From: Promethearchaeota archaeon
Lineage (GTDB): Archaea > Asgardarchaeota > Lokiarchaeia > Sigyniarchaeales > SOKP01
Length of the DNA: 13,241 nt
Direction of reading: 5' to 3'
Assembly (NCBI GenBank): GCA_016926735.1
Contig: JAFGOA010000160.1
Coordinates: forward strand, 1-13,241
Numbering within the stretch: position 1 is the stretch's first letter; the number at the start of each line of letters is the position of its first letter. The notes under the pieces were generated by a model that was not told where the DNA came from, made no database searches, and saw nothing but the letters and a program-made list of their open reading frames with translations. Shown here piece by piece: positions 1 to 9,012 of this stretch. Position numbers and translations under genes: made by a program.

Positions 1-187
1 ATAATACTATATAAGATAAATTATGAAGATATAACAAATTAATTCATGATTTTCTCTTATATCTATAAATAATTGATTTTTTTCCCACTATAATAATTTC
101 TATTGATAAATTTTATTTTTGAAATTACATTTTCTTGTTTATTATACTACAATATTATAAATAATTACTTACAGAAAGGAAAAAATA

Positions 188-2848
188 ATGTCAACAGAAA
201 ATGATAAACATGTCTATGATTTTTCTGAAGGTAAAAAAGAGCTAAAACTTTTACTTGGCGGAAAAGGTGCTAACCTTGCAGAAATGACTAATATAGGGTT
301 AAATATACCTCAAGGTTTTACAATAACCACAGCAACATGTCTAAAATATTATGAAGATCCAAAAAAAATAATGGACGATATAAAATCAGATGTACTCGAT
401 GCTATAAAAAGATTAGAAAAAAAATATAATAAAAACTTTGGAGATAAAAAAAACCCATTATTGTTTAGTGTTCGCAGTGGAGCACCTATGTCAATGCCAG
501 GAATGATGGATACAGTATTAAATCTGGGCTTGAATGATGAAAGTGTTAAAGGTCTCGTTGAAGTGACCGATAATGAAAGATTCGCTTATGATTCTTATCG
601 AAGATTTATACAAATGTTTTCTGATGTTGTAATGGGAATTGAGTTAGACCATTTTGAAGAAATTTTAAATGCATATAAGGCTAAAAAAGGTGAAGATGCA
701 AAAGATACTGATTTAGATGTTAATGATTTGAAAAATATTATAGCAGAATATAAAACTTTATATCAAAAAGAGATAGGATCTCCATTCCCTCAAGAACCTC
801 AAATACAATTATTTAATGCAATAGAGGCAGTATTCAAATCTTGGAATAATAAAAGAGCTATAACATATAGAAGAATGAATAAAATTCCAAATTATGGCAC
901 TGCTGTTAATGTTCAAGTTATGGTATTTGGAAATAAAGGATGGAAATCGGGAACAGGGGTCGCTTTTACAAGAGATCCATCAACAGGAGAAAATAGAAAA
1001 TTCGGTGAATATTTAGCAAATGCTCAAGGAGAAGATGTTGTTGCTGGAATAAGAACTCCTAAAACTTTAGATGAGATGAAAGAAGAGTTCCCTAAAGTTC
1101 ATGATGAACTTTTTGAATTAATGGAAAAATTAGAAAATCATTATAGAGATATGCAAGATATCGAATTTACAATCGAAGATGGAGAATTATTTATCTTACA
1201 GACCCGAAATGGTAAAAGAACACCCTCAGCAGCAGTAAAAATTGCTGTTGATTTGGTTAAAGAAGGATTAATAACTAAAGAGCAAGCAATTATGAATATT
1301 GATGCGAATTCAATTTCAGATTTATTGTTTAAAAGTATTGATCCTAAAGCAGATGTTGCCGTTCTTGCTCAAGGTATTAATGCATCACCTGGAGCTGTAA
1401 CTGGAATAGCTATATTTGATTCAGATAGGGCAGAAGAACTCGCAACTAAAGAAAACATGGATGTTATTTTAGTAAGACCTCAAACAAAACCAGATGATGT
1501 TCATGGTTTATATGCTTCAGTAGGTGTTTTGACTCAGTTTGGCGGTAAGACATCTCACGCAGCAGTTGTAGCTAGAGGTATTGGAAAACCAGCAGTTGTA
1601 GGTGCCCAAAATGTCAAAATAGATCTAAAAAACAGACAATTTTCAGTAGATGATACGATTATCAAAGAGGGAGACTATATTACTATTGATGGCACTACTG
1701 GGAAAATAATAAAAGGACAAGTTCCATTAGTAGATCCGGAATTAAAAGGAGAATTTCTTGAGTTATTAGATATTGCAAGTGAAATAAAGAAACTAGGTGT
1801 AAGGGCAAATGCAGATACACCAACAGATGCTTCTAAAGCTCTTGAATTTGGTGCCCAAGGAATAGGACTTTGTCGAACAGAACATATGTTTATGGCCCAA
1901 GAACGATTACCTGTTGTACAACAAATGATAATGGCAAAATCTCAAGAAGAAAGAAAAAAAGCATTAGATAAAATATTACCAATGCAAAAAGGAGACTTTT
2001 ATGATATTTTCAAAATAATGAATGGTCTACCAGTAACTATTAGATTATTAGATCCTCCATTACATGAATTTCTACCTGATTACACTGAACTTATGTTGGA
2101 AGTGCAAAAACTTAAACTTACTAACTCAATAACTGATGAAGAACTTAAAGAAAAGGAGGAATTAATCCACACTATAAGAACTCTTCATGAAGAGAATCCT
2201 ATGATGGGTCTCAGAGGGTGTAGGTTAGGTATCACTTGGCCTGAAATTAATGAAATGCAAGTTAAAGCAATTTTTCAAGCTGCATGTGAATTAAAGAAAG
2301 AAGGTATTGATGTTAAACCAGAAGTTATGATTCCACTAGTAGGAATGCTCTCTGAATTGAAATTAGTGAAAGATCAATTAGTTAAAATCGCTAAAGAAGT
2401 CATAGATAGCTATAATGTGGCTTTAGATTATAAATTTGGAACAATGATTGAAATACCAAGAGCTGCTTTAGTTGCTGATACAATTGCTTCTGAAGCTGAA
2501 TTCTTTTCATTTGGAACAAATGATTTAACACAAATGACTTTTGGATTTAGTAGAGATGATGCAGAAGGCAAATTTCTCCCAATTTATCTTGAAAATGGTA
2601 TAATGAAAGAAAATCCTTTTGAATGTTTAGATCAAGAAGGTGTAGGTCAGTTAATGCAGCTTGCTATTCAAAAAGGGAGAGGCACCAGACCTGATCTTAA
2701 ATGTGGGATCTGTGGAGAACATGGTGGAGAGCCAAGTTCAATCGATTTTGCTCATAGAATTGGGTTAAATTATGTTTCATGCTCACCTTATAGAATTCCC
2801 GTAGCTCGAATTGCTGCTGCTCAAACATATATAAGAAATAAGGAATAA
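188..2848 (+). CDS. ppdK: Pyruvate, phosphate dikinase
   Basis: 886 aa. Motifs: N-terminal LLGGKGANLAEM, SVRSGAPMSMPGMMDT, AQGEDVVAGIRTP, phospho-His motif GGKTSHAAVVARG, GIGLCRTEHMF, and C-terminal FSFGTNDLTQ / GICGEHGG. AAAGGA at 175-180 upstream. Confidence 0.98.
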   Translation: MSTENDKHVYDFSEGKKELKLLLGGKGANLAEMTNIGLNIPQGFTITTATCLKYYEDPKKIMDDIKSDVLDAIKRLEKKYNKNFGDKKNPLLFSVRSGAPMSMPGMMDTVLNLGLNDESVKGLVEVTDNERFAYDSYRRFIQMFSDVVMGIELDHFEEILNAYKAKKGEDAKDTDLDVNDLKNIIAEYKTLYQKEIGSPFPQEPQIQLFNAIEAVFKSWNNKRAITYRRMNKIPNYGTAVNVQVMVFGNKGWKSGTGVAFTRDPSTGENRKFGEYLANAQGEDVVAGIRTPKTLDEMKEEFPKVHDELFELMEKLENHYRDMQDIEFTIEDGELFILQTRNGKRTPSAAVKIAVDLVKEGLITKEQAIMNIDANSISDLLFKSIDPKADVAVLAQGINASPGAVTGIAIFDSDRAEELATKENMDVILVRPQTKPDDVHGLYASVGVLTQFGGKTSHAAVVARGIGKPAVVGAQNVKIDLKNRQFSVDDTIIKEGDYITIDGTTGKIIKGQVPLVDPELKGEFLELLDIASEIKKLGVRANADTPTDASKALEFGAQGIGLCRTEHMFMAQERLPVVQQMIMAKSQEERKKALDKILPMQKGDFYDIFKIMNGLPVTIRLLDPPLHEFLPDYTELMLEVQKLKLTNSITDEELKEKEELIHTIRTLHEENPMMGLRGCRLGITWPEINEMQVKAIFQAACELKKEGIDVKPEVMIPLVGMLSELKLVKDQLVKIAKEVIDSYNVALDYKFGTMIEIPRAALVADTIASEAEFFSFGTNDLTQMTFGFSRDDAEGKFLPIYLENGIMKENPFECLDQEGVGQLMQLAIQKGRGTRPDLKCGICGEHGGEPSSIDFAHRIGLNYVSCSPYRIPVARIAAAQTYIRNKE

Positions 2849-2849
2849 T

Positions 2850-2900
2850 TGCTTATTTTCATAATCTTATTTTTTTATTTTTTTTATCTAAAATTTTTAT
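2850..2900 (+). terminator. Probable archaeal T-rich terminator region after ppdK
   Basis: Consecutive T-tracts (TTATTTTTTTATTTTTTTTA) shortly after the TAA. This is weak evidence in such an AT-rich genome. Confidence 0.35.
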
Positions 2901-3019
2901 TATTTTAAATAGACTTTAAATAGGTTTTATTGTCGTTAAACCTTGATATTTATTAGAAAAGAAAATATTTTATCAATTTCTGTATTTTATAAAATATATA
3001 GAATTAGAGATGAATATAA

Positions 3020-4120
3020 TTGACATTATCTTTAGATGAAAAAATAGAATTACTGAAAGAAGTCGGTAAAGAAATTATTAATGAAAATGAATTAAGAGAT
3101 ATGATTAAGTGGAAAGTTGAAAATAGCAAAGAAATTATTGCCTATGATGGATTTGAGCCTTCGGGTAACATTCATATTGCGCAAGGACTTTTGAGAGCTA
3201 TTAATGTAAATAAATTAATAAAAGCAGGAATAAAATTTAAATTTCTAATAGCAGATTGGCATGCAGCAGCAAATCAAAAATTTGGAGGAAATCTTGACGT
3301 AATTAAAAAAGTAGGAGATTTCTTTATAGAAGTTTGGAAAGCTTGTGAAATGGATCTTAGTAAAGTTGAATTCATTTATGCTTCAGATATAGTTAAAGAT
3401 CCAAAATATTGGGAATATGTACTTAAAATTTCTATTAATAGTACTTTAAATAGAATTATCAGATGCACTCAAATTATGGGCAGAAGTGAAAGTGATGTTT
3501 TGACTTCCTCCCAAATTCTCTATCCTCTTATGCAAGCTGCTGATGTATTCTATCTAAATATAGATATTTGTCAATTAGGATTAGATCAACGAAAGGTAAA
3601 TATGCTTGCTAGAGAGGTATCAAAAGTATTTAATCTTCCTAAACCTATTTCTATTCACCATCATATGTTAATGGGACTTACCCAACCGCCAGAAACAGAT
3701 GTATCTGGTACAGATAGAGTAATCCAATTAAAAATGTCAAAATCTAATCCCGATTCTGCAATTTTTATGCTTGATACCTCCGAAGATATTTCACGGAAAA
3801 TTAAAAAAGCCTATTGCCCTGCAAAAGAAATAAATGAAAATCCAATTCTAGAATATTGTAAATATATTATTTTTGAACGAATTGATACTTTTAAAATTGA
3901 ACGACCAGAGAAATTCGGTGGAAATATAGAATTTGATAATTATTCAGATTTAGAAATCGATTACTCGCAAGGTAATATTCATCCTATGGATTTAAAAAAA
4001 GCAGTTATTAAACATTTAGATAATCTTATCAAACCTATCAGGGAACATTTTGAAAAAAATAAAAACGCAAAGGAACTGTATGATTTTGTAAAAAAAGAAT
4101 ATATAAAGTATAATTCATAG
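3020..4120 (+). CDS. tyrS: Tyrosine--tRNA ligase, archaeal/eukaryotic type
   Basis: YDGFEPSGNIHIAQG (HIGH equivalent), IADWHA, YPLMQAAD, QLGLDQRKVNMLARE, KMSKS, KIKKAYCP, HPMDLK. TTG start directly after an in-frame TAA, with SD-like GAGATGA just upstream. Confidence 0.96.
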   Translation: MTLSLDEKIELLKEVGKEIINENELRDMIKWKVENSKEIIAYDGFEPSGNIHIAQGLLRAINVNKLIKAGIKFKFLIADWHAAANQKFGGNLDVIKKVGDFFIEVWKACEMDLSKVEFIYASDIVKDPKYWEYVLKISINSTLNRIIRCTQIMGRSESDVLTSSQILYPLMQAADVFYLNIDICQLGLDQRKVNMLAREVSKVFNLPKPISIHHHMLMGLTQPPETDVSGTDRVIQLKMSKSNPDSAIFMLDTSEDISRKIKKAYCPAKEINENPILEYCKYIIFERIDTFKIERPEKFGGNIEFDNYSDLEIDYSQGNIHPMDLKKAVIKHLDNLIKPIREHFEKNKNAKELYDFVKKEYIKYNS

Positions 4121-4466
4121 AGAAGATAAAATAAATCATTTCTAGAAGGTTAGATTGTACTAATGCTTTTCCTAAAAAATTAAAGAGTTTACTTTATAAT
4201 TATTCTAAAATTAGAAATTTTTATGTAACTTAAATCTTTTTTTATTAAATATACCTAAATAACAAAAATACCGGATTTAATATTTTAATGTAGAATATTG
4301 ATGGATTATTCAATAAATAAAAATAAAAAAGTAAAAAAATAAGGATCATATTCGATAATTTCTATTAATTTTCCTAAATAGAGATAGTAAAAGATCAATT
4401 CTGATGAATAATTTATATAATTATTATTAATAATGATAACCAATTTCCAAATATAATGTCTTTTTC

Positions 4467-4482
4467 AAAAAATATTTATATT
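4467..4482 (+). promoter_or_regulatory. Putative archaeal BRE/TATA for the aminotransferase
   Basis: AAAAAATATTTATATT about 30 bp upstream of ATG 4511, a spacing typical of archaeal promoters with a short or absent leader. Confidence 0.35.
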
Positions 4483-4510
4483 TCGCTAAATTCTATTGCT
4501 TGATCAGATT

Positions 4511-5623
4511 ATGAGTGATGTTCATTTTAATAAAAACGAAAGTTCTAAACTGAAATTATTTACTCCTGGACCTGTAGATGTTCCTGATAGAGTTCTTCAG
4601 GCAATGGCTATGGCTAATGATACCCATAGATCAAAACCTTACTCTGAAATGCATAAACTAGCAGTAGAAGGGCTTCAGAAAGTACTATTTACAAAAAATG
4701 AATGCTTACTATATACAACAAGTGCTTCAGGAGTTATGGAAGCTTGTGTTAGAAATCTTATAAAAGAAGATGAGAAGGCATTATTTCTTTCTATAGGTGC
4801 TTTTGGAGATAGATGGTATGAAATAGGAGTTACTAATGGAAAAAACTCTATAAAATCTAAAATTGAATGGGGTAAGGCAGTAACTCCCGAATTATTGAAA
4901 GAAGAATTGTCCAAACAAAATTATGATATTGTTTGTCTTCAATCGAATGAAACTTCAACAGGTGTATACAATCCTTTAGAAGAGTTAATACCCATAATTA
5001 AAGAATCAGAGGCACTTGTTTGTGTAGATGCAACATCTTCTTTAGCAGGTATAAAATTAGAGGTAGATCGACTCGACATAGATGTTTGTTTAGCTTCGGT
5101 TCAAAAATGTTTAGCCTTACCTCCTGGATTAGCTATATGTTCAGTTTCATCAAACGCATTAGAAAAAACCAAAGAAGTTAAAAATAGAGGATTATATTTA
5201 GATTTCTTATCAATACAGGAAAAAAATAAAATATATCAAACACCAAATACTCCACCAATACCACAAATAAGAGGTTTAGTTGTCCAATTAGATTATATTC
5301 TTAACCAAGAGGGTCTGGAAAAAAGATTTGAAAGACATAAAGACCTTGGAAAAAGAACTAGAGAATGGGCAAAGGATATGGGATTTGAAATGTTTTCAGC
5401 AAAAGGTTATGAATCTGATACAGTGTCTACAATGAAAAATACCATAGGAATCGATTTTGAAAAAATGGTTTCAAATTTAATAACTAAAGGATATCGAATT
5501 GTTAATGGATATGGATCCTTAAAAAATAAGACTTTTCGAATTGGACATATGGGTGAAATAACAAAAGAAGAATTAGATAATATGTTAGTTATTTTATCAG
5601 GTGTTATTGAAGAACTTAAATAA
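4511..5623 (+). CDS. Class V PLP-dependent aminotransferase (alanine-glyoxylate / serine-pyruvate aminotransferase family)
   Basis: LFTPGP, NETSTG, VDATSS, PLP-lysine motif SVQKCLALPPG, FRIGHMG. ATG 4511 is preferred over the upstream TTG 4496 given in the ORF track. Confidence 0.92.
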   Translation: MSDVHFNKNESSKLKLFTPGPVDVPDRVLQAMAMANDTHRSKPYSEMHKLAVEGLQKVLFTKNECLLYTTSASGVMEACVRNLIKEDEKALFLSIGAFGDRWYEIGVTNGKNSIKSKIEWGKAVTPELLKEELSKQNYDIVCLQSNETSTGVYNPLEELIPIIKESEALVCVDATSSLAGIKLEVDRLDIDVCLASVQKCLALPPGLAICSVSSNALEKTKEVKNRGLYLDFLSIQEKNKIYQTPNTPPIPQIRGLVVQLDYILNQEGLEKRFERHKDLGKRTREWAKDMGFEMFSAKGYESDTVSTMKNTIGIDFEKMVSNLITKGYRIVNGYGSLKNKTFRIGHMGEITKEELDNMLVILSGVIEELK

Positions 5624-5855
5624 TTATTAAATTTAAACTAATTATCTTTATTTTCATTCTAAAATTTCTGATTTTAGATAAAAAGCTCTATTTCTTATAA
5701 ATTAATTTTTGTAGTTAGATTTGTATATTTTTTAATAATTTTTAAATTTTTTTTGTAGAATTAATTTTTTAGACTGTAAAACATATAAATAACAATTATT
5801 ATTATATCACTAAATAACTATATATCTATAGGATTTTAATTCTAATATTTATAAC

Positions 5856-7601
5856 ATGAGTCCTTCAAACCAAGAAATAAATGGATTAAAGAATCTTGAA
5901 ACAGAAATTGGAGGAGATATTCCTGAAACAGATGAGTTGCAACCTCATCTTATAGGATATACCGTAAGAAATGATGCAATTACTGGGTTAAGCTTATTTT
6001 CTTGTGGATTGGAAAATATTCCAAATGGAATTATTCATCTCCATAAACTTGAAAAATTAATCCTTAAAGGAAATAATATAAAACTTTTTTCTAAACGTAT
6101 CTGTACATTAGATTCATTAAAATTGCTAGATTTTAGTGAGAATGGATTAAAATTTATACCAGAAGACATAATTAATTTGAGCCTCTTAGAAAATCTAAAT
6201 CTAGAGTCGAATGATTTAGTTGATCTTCCCGATAATATTAGCAGTTTAAAGAATCTTAAATCCTTAAATACAGGTGCAAATAAGCTAGTTAAAATACCAG
6301 AATCATTAGGTAATCTAACAAATTTAGAATTCTTGAATTTGAGTAATAATGATTTAGACAGTTTACCTGATTCAATTGGCTCTCTTATATCATTAAAATT
6401 TCTATATATTACACATAATCGATTGACATCCCTTCCTATATCAATTGGGAATCTTAAAAAATTAGAAAGATTAAATATTAGAAATAATAATATTAACAAT
6501 TTACCTGAATCATTTGGAAATTTAGAGAGTTTAACTTCTTGCTTTTTAAAAGGAAATAAATTAAATAATCTTCCCGAATCAATCTCATCTTTAAGAAATC
6601 TTAAATATCTCGGTTTAAGTTCAAATAATTTGGTAGATCTTCCAAATTCTATTGGAAATTTATCCAATTTAGAAAATCTAAGTATAAATGATAATAATAT
6701 TTCACATTTACCCTCTGGATTAGTTGATTTAAAATCCTTGATAAGATTTGACATTAAAAATAATCAATTAAGTTCATTACCAGAAAACATAGGTAAATTA
6801 AGAAATTTAAAGATATTTTTACTTAATAATAATAAAATAAGCGATCTTTCAGATTCAATTGGAGAATTAACCTCGTTAGAATCTTTAAGTCTTAAACAAA
6901 ATAACCTTCAAAGTATTCCTTCAGCAATTAATGGTCTTATTTTATTAAAAGAGCTAGATCTATATGGAAATAATTTAAAAATTCTACCTGATTCTTTTAA
7001 TGGGTTAAAAAATTTAGAAATTTTAGATATAAGCAGTAATAGCTTAATAAAACTTCCTAAATCTATTTGTGATTTGAAATCTCTAAGAGAATTAGACATC
7101 TCTACAAATAAGTTAGAAGAAATCCCCGAATGTATTGGTGAATTACATTCATTAAAGAATTTTATTTTAGGATTTAATAATTTAAATGAAATTTCTGAAT
7201 CAATTGGGAATTTAACAGAATTAGAAGTTCTTGATTTAGGTAAAAATAACCTTAGAGAAATTCCGAAATCAATTGGAAATTTAAAATCACTAAAATTTCT
7301 CTATCTGTATTATAATAATTTAAAAACAATACCGGAAGAAATTTACAATCTAAATAAATTAGAATATCTTAATATCAGCAATAATGAAATAAATATAATA
7401 CCCAATTCGTTAGGATCTCTAACATCATTAGAATATCTCCTCATCAATACAAATCAAATTACTAATATTCCTGAATCTATAGCAAATCTTCCAAATTTAA
7501 AACACATTGATCTTAAAAAAAATAAAATTGAAAAAGTACCAGCTTTTTTAAGAGTTCTCGAAGAAAAAGGAATTAAAATAATAATAGATATAGATTTATA
7601 A
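5856..7601 (+). CDS. Leucine-rich repeat protein (about 23 tandem 23-aa LRRs, no other recognisable domain)
   Basis: Consensus LPESIGNLxxLexLnLsnNnLxx repeated about 23 times (counted by eye), with short N- and C-terminal caps. Confidence 0.95.
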   Translation: MSPSNQEINGLKNLETEIGGDIPETDELQPHLIGYTVRNDAITGLSLFSCGLENIPNGIIHLHKLEKLILKGNNIKLFSKRICTLDSLKLLDFSENGLKFIPEDIINLSLLENLNLESNDLVDLPDNISSLKNLKSLNTGANKLVKIPESLGNLTNLEFLNLSNNDLDSLPDSIGSLISLKFLYITHNRLTSLPISIGNLKKLERLNIRNNNINNLPESFGNLESLTSCFLKGNKLNNLPESISSLRNLKYLGLSSNNLVDLPNSIGNLSNLENLSINDNNISHLPSGLVDLKSLIRFDIKNNQLSSLPENIGKLRNLKIFLLNNNKISDLSDSIGELTSLESLSLKQNNLQSIPSAINGLILLKELDLYGNNLKILPDSFNGLKNLEILDISSNSLIKLPKSICDLKSLRELDISTNKLEEIPECIGELHSLKNFILGFNNLNEISESIGNLTELEVLDLGKNNLREIPKSIGNLKSLKFLYLYYNNLKTIPEEIYNLNKLEYLNISNNEINIIPNSLGSLTSLEYLLINTNQITNIPESIANLPNLKHIDLKKNKIEKVPAFLRVLEEKGIKIIIDIDL

Positions 7602-8864
7602 AGAATAATTTTGTTTTTTATATGTTTTATCAGTAAAGACAAAAACATTATCATTATCAATCAAAATTTCTTCCTGAATATCTTTTATTCTTATATAAAT
7701 AGGAATGATTTTATTTTTTATTCCTTTAGGACTTTTTATCACTTCTTGGTTTTCATATATTATCGCTATGATAGTTGAGTGAATATAAGTATCATTTTTT
7801 TTACCCATTATTATAATATCATCATTATTTTCAATATACCCATTATTTAATTCAATTTTTATCATTTTATTTTTAGAACTGTAATCTATAGCTTTTCCTA
7901 CTTTTATATACCTGTAATGTGAAAGATTATAAGGGTAATTATGTTGCTGGTCTTCCTCTGTTGCTCTTTTAAAATAAAAACCTGTAGTAAATCCTCTATT
8001 ATATACTTTCTTTAATTCTGTTACCCATTTTCCTACCTTTTTTTTTGTAAAAGAGTTTTCATAATATGCATTTATTGCTTCTCTATATGTTTTAGATACT
8101 ATCTCAACATAATGAGGATGTCTCATACGGCCTTCAATTTTAAATGCATCAATTCCTGCTTCTATTAGTTCTGGAATATAAGCTATAGTGCATAAATCTC
8201 TAGAATTCATGAAATAAGTTCCATCATAGAAATATTCATTATTATCCTTATCTCTAACCCACCATTTTCTTCTACATGGTTGAATACAATTTCCACGATT
8301 TGCAGATTTTGTCGATGAACCACAGATATCTTGTGAAAAATAACATCTCCCACTTATAGAAGCACACATAGCTCCATGAATAAAGGTTTCAATTTCTGTT
8401 GAAATTAAATTCCTTTTTATTTCTTTTATTTTTTGTAATGATAATTCACGAGCCAATACAATTCTTTCTGCTCCTAATTTTTCATAAAACCTGGCAGATA
8501 AAGAATTAGAAACATTACATTGTGTAGACACATGAAAAGGTATATTATATCTTTTTGCAATTTCTATAGCTGCTAAATCATGAACAATAACCGCATCTAT
8601 TCCTGCTTCTTTTGCTTTTTTTATTATGTTTTCTAATTCTTGAATCTCATTATCATAAATGAGTACATTTGTAGTTAGATACAATTTTAAACCATGATCT
8701 TTACAATAATTGGTTATTTTTTCTAATTCAGATATATCTATATTTTCTGACTTCATTCGCATATTGAAGGATTTTACTCCAAAATATACTGAATCAGCAT
8801 ATTTAGAGCTTGCTTTTATTGCTTTTAGATTCCTAGCAGGAGCGAGTAATTCGACTTTCTTCAT
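7596..8864 (-). CDS. Peptidase U32 family Fe-S protein (TrhP/RlhA-like, probable RNA hydroxylation protein)
   Basis: ELLAPA, ADSVYFG, HVSTQ, VLARELS, cysteine cluster HGAMCASISGRCYFS..ANRGNCIQPCR, DLC, FKIEGR. Confidence 0.9.
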   Translation of the reverse strand: MKKVELLAPARNLKAIKASSKYADSVYFGVKSFNMRMKSENIDISELEKITNYCKDHGLKLYLTTNVLIYDNEIQELENIIKKAKEAGIDAVIVHDLAAIEIAKRYNIPFHVSTQCNVSNSLSARFYEKLGAERIVLARELSLQKIKEIKRNLISTEIETFIHGAMCASISGRCYFSQDICGSSTKSANRGNCIQPCRRKWWVRDKDNNEYFYDGTYFMNSRDLCTIAYIPELIEAGIDAFKIEGRMRHPHYVEIVSKTYREAINAYYENSFTKKKVGKWVTELKKVYNRGFTTGFYFKRATEEDQQHNYPYNLSHYRYIKVGKAIDYSSKNKMIKIELNNGYIENNDDIIIMGKKNDTYIHSTIIAIIYENQEVIKSPKGIKNKIIPIYIRIKDIQEEILIDNDNVFVFTDKTYKKQNYSL

Positions 8865-9012
8865 CTAATTTATATAATTAAACTTTATTTATCATTTTTT
8901 TTTAACTTTTTAAAAGAAGAATTTATAACATTTATCTTTCATTTATTTTTATATATAAAAACTTTATTCTTGATTTCCTTTAAAAATTCATAATAAGGAG
9001 TAATTTACTTAT

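Noticed and set aside
3010-3039. Short out-of-frame ATG ORF overlapping the tyrS start
   Set aside because: The ATG is part of the SD-like GAGATGA, and the 9-aa product has no Tyr codons or attenuator features.
4121-4495. Long intergenic region with small palindromes (e.g. TTCTAAAATTAGAA, ATTATTAATAAT)
   Set aside because: Almost purely A/T palindromes expected by chance; no ORF remnant, tRNA or repeat array was recognised.
4675-4914. 79-aa minus-strand ORF
   Set aside because: Antisense shadow lying entirely within the aminotransferase; no motifs.
6035-6754. 239-aa minus-strand ORF with repetitive appearance
   Set aside because: Antisense shadow of the LRR gene; its periodicity mirrors the 69-bp LRR coding repeat.
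6908-7099. 63-aa minus-strand ORF
   Set aside because: Antisense shadow of the LRR gene.
7454-7660. 68-aa minus-strand ORF
   Set aside because: Overlaps both the LRR gene and the U32 3' end; no recognisable features.
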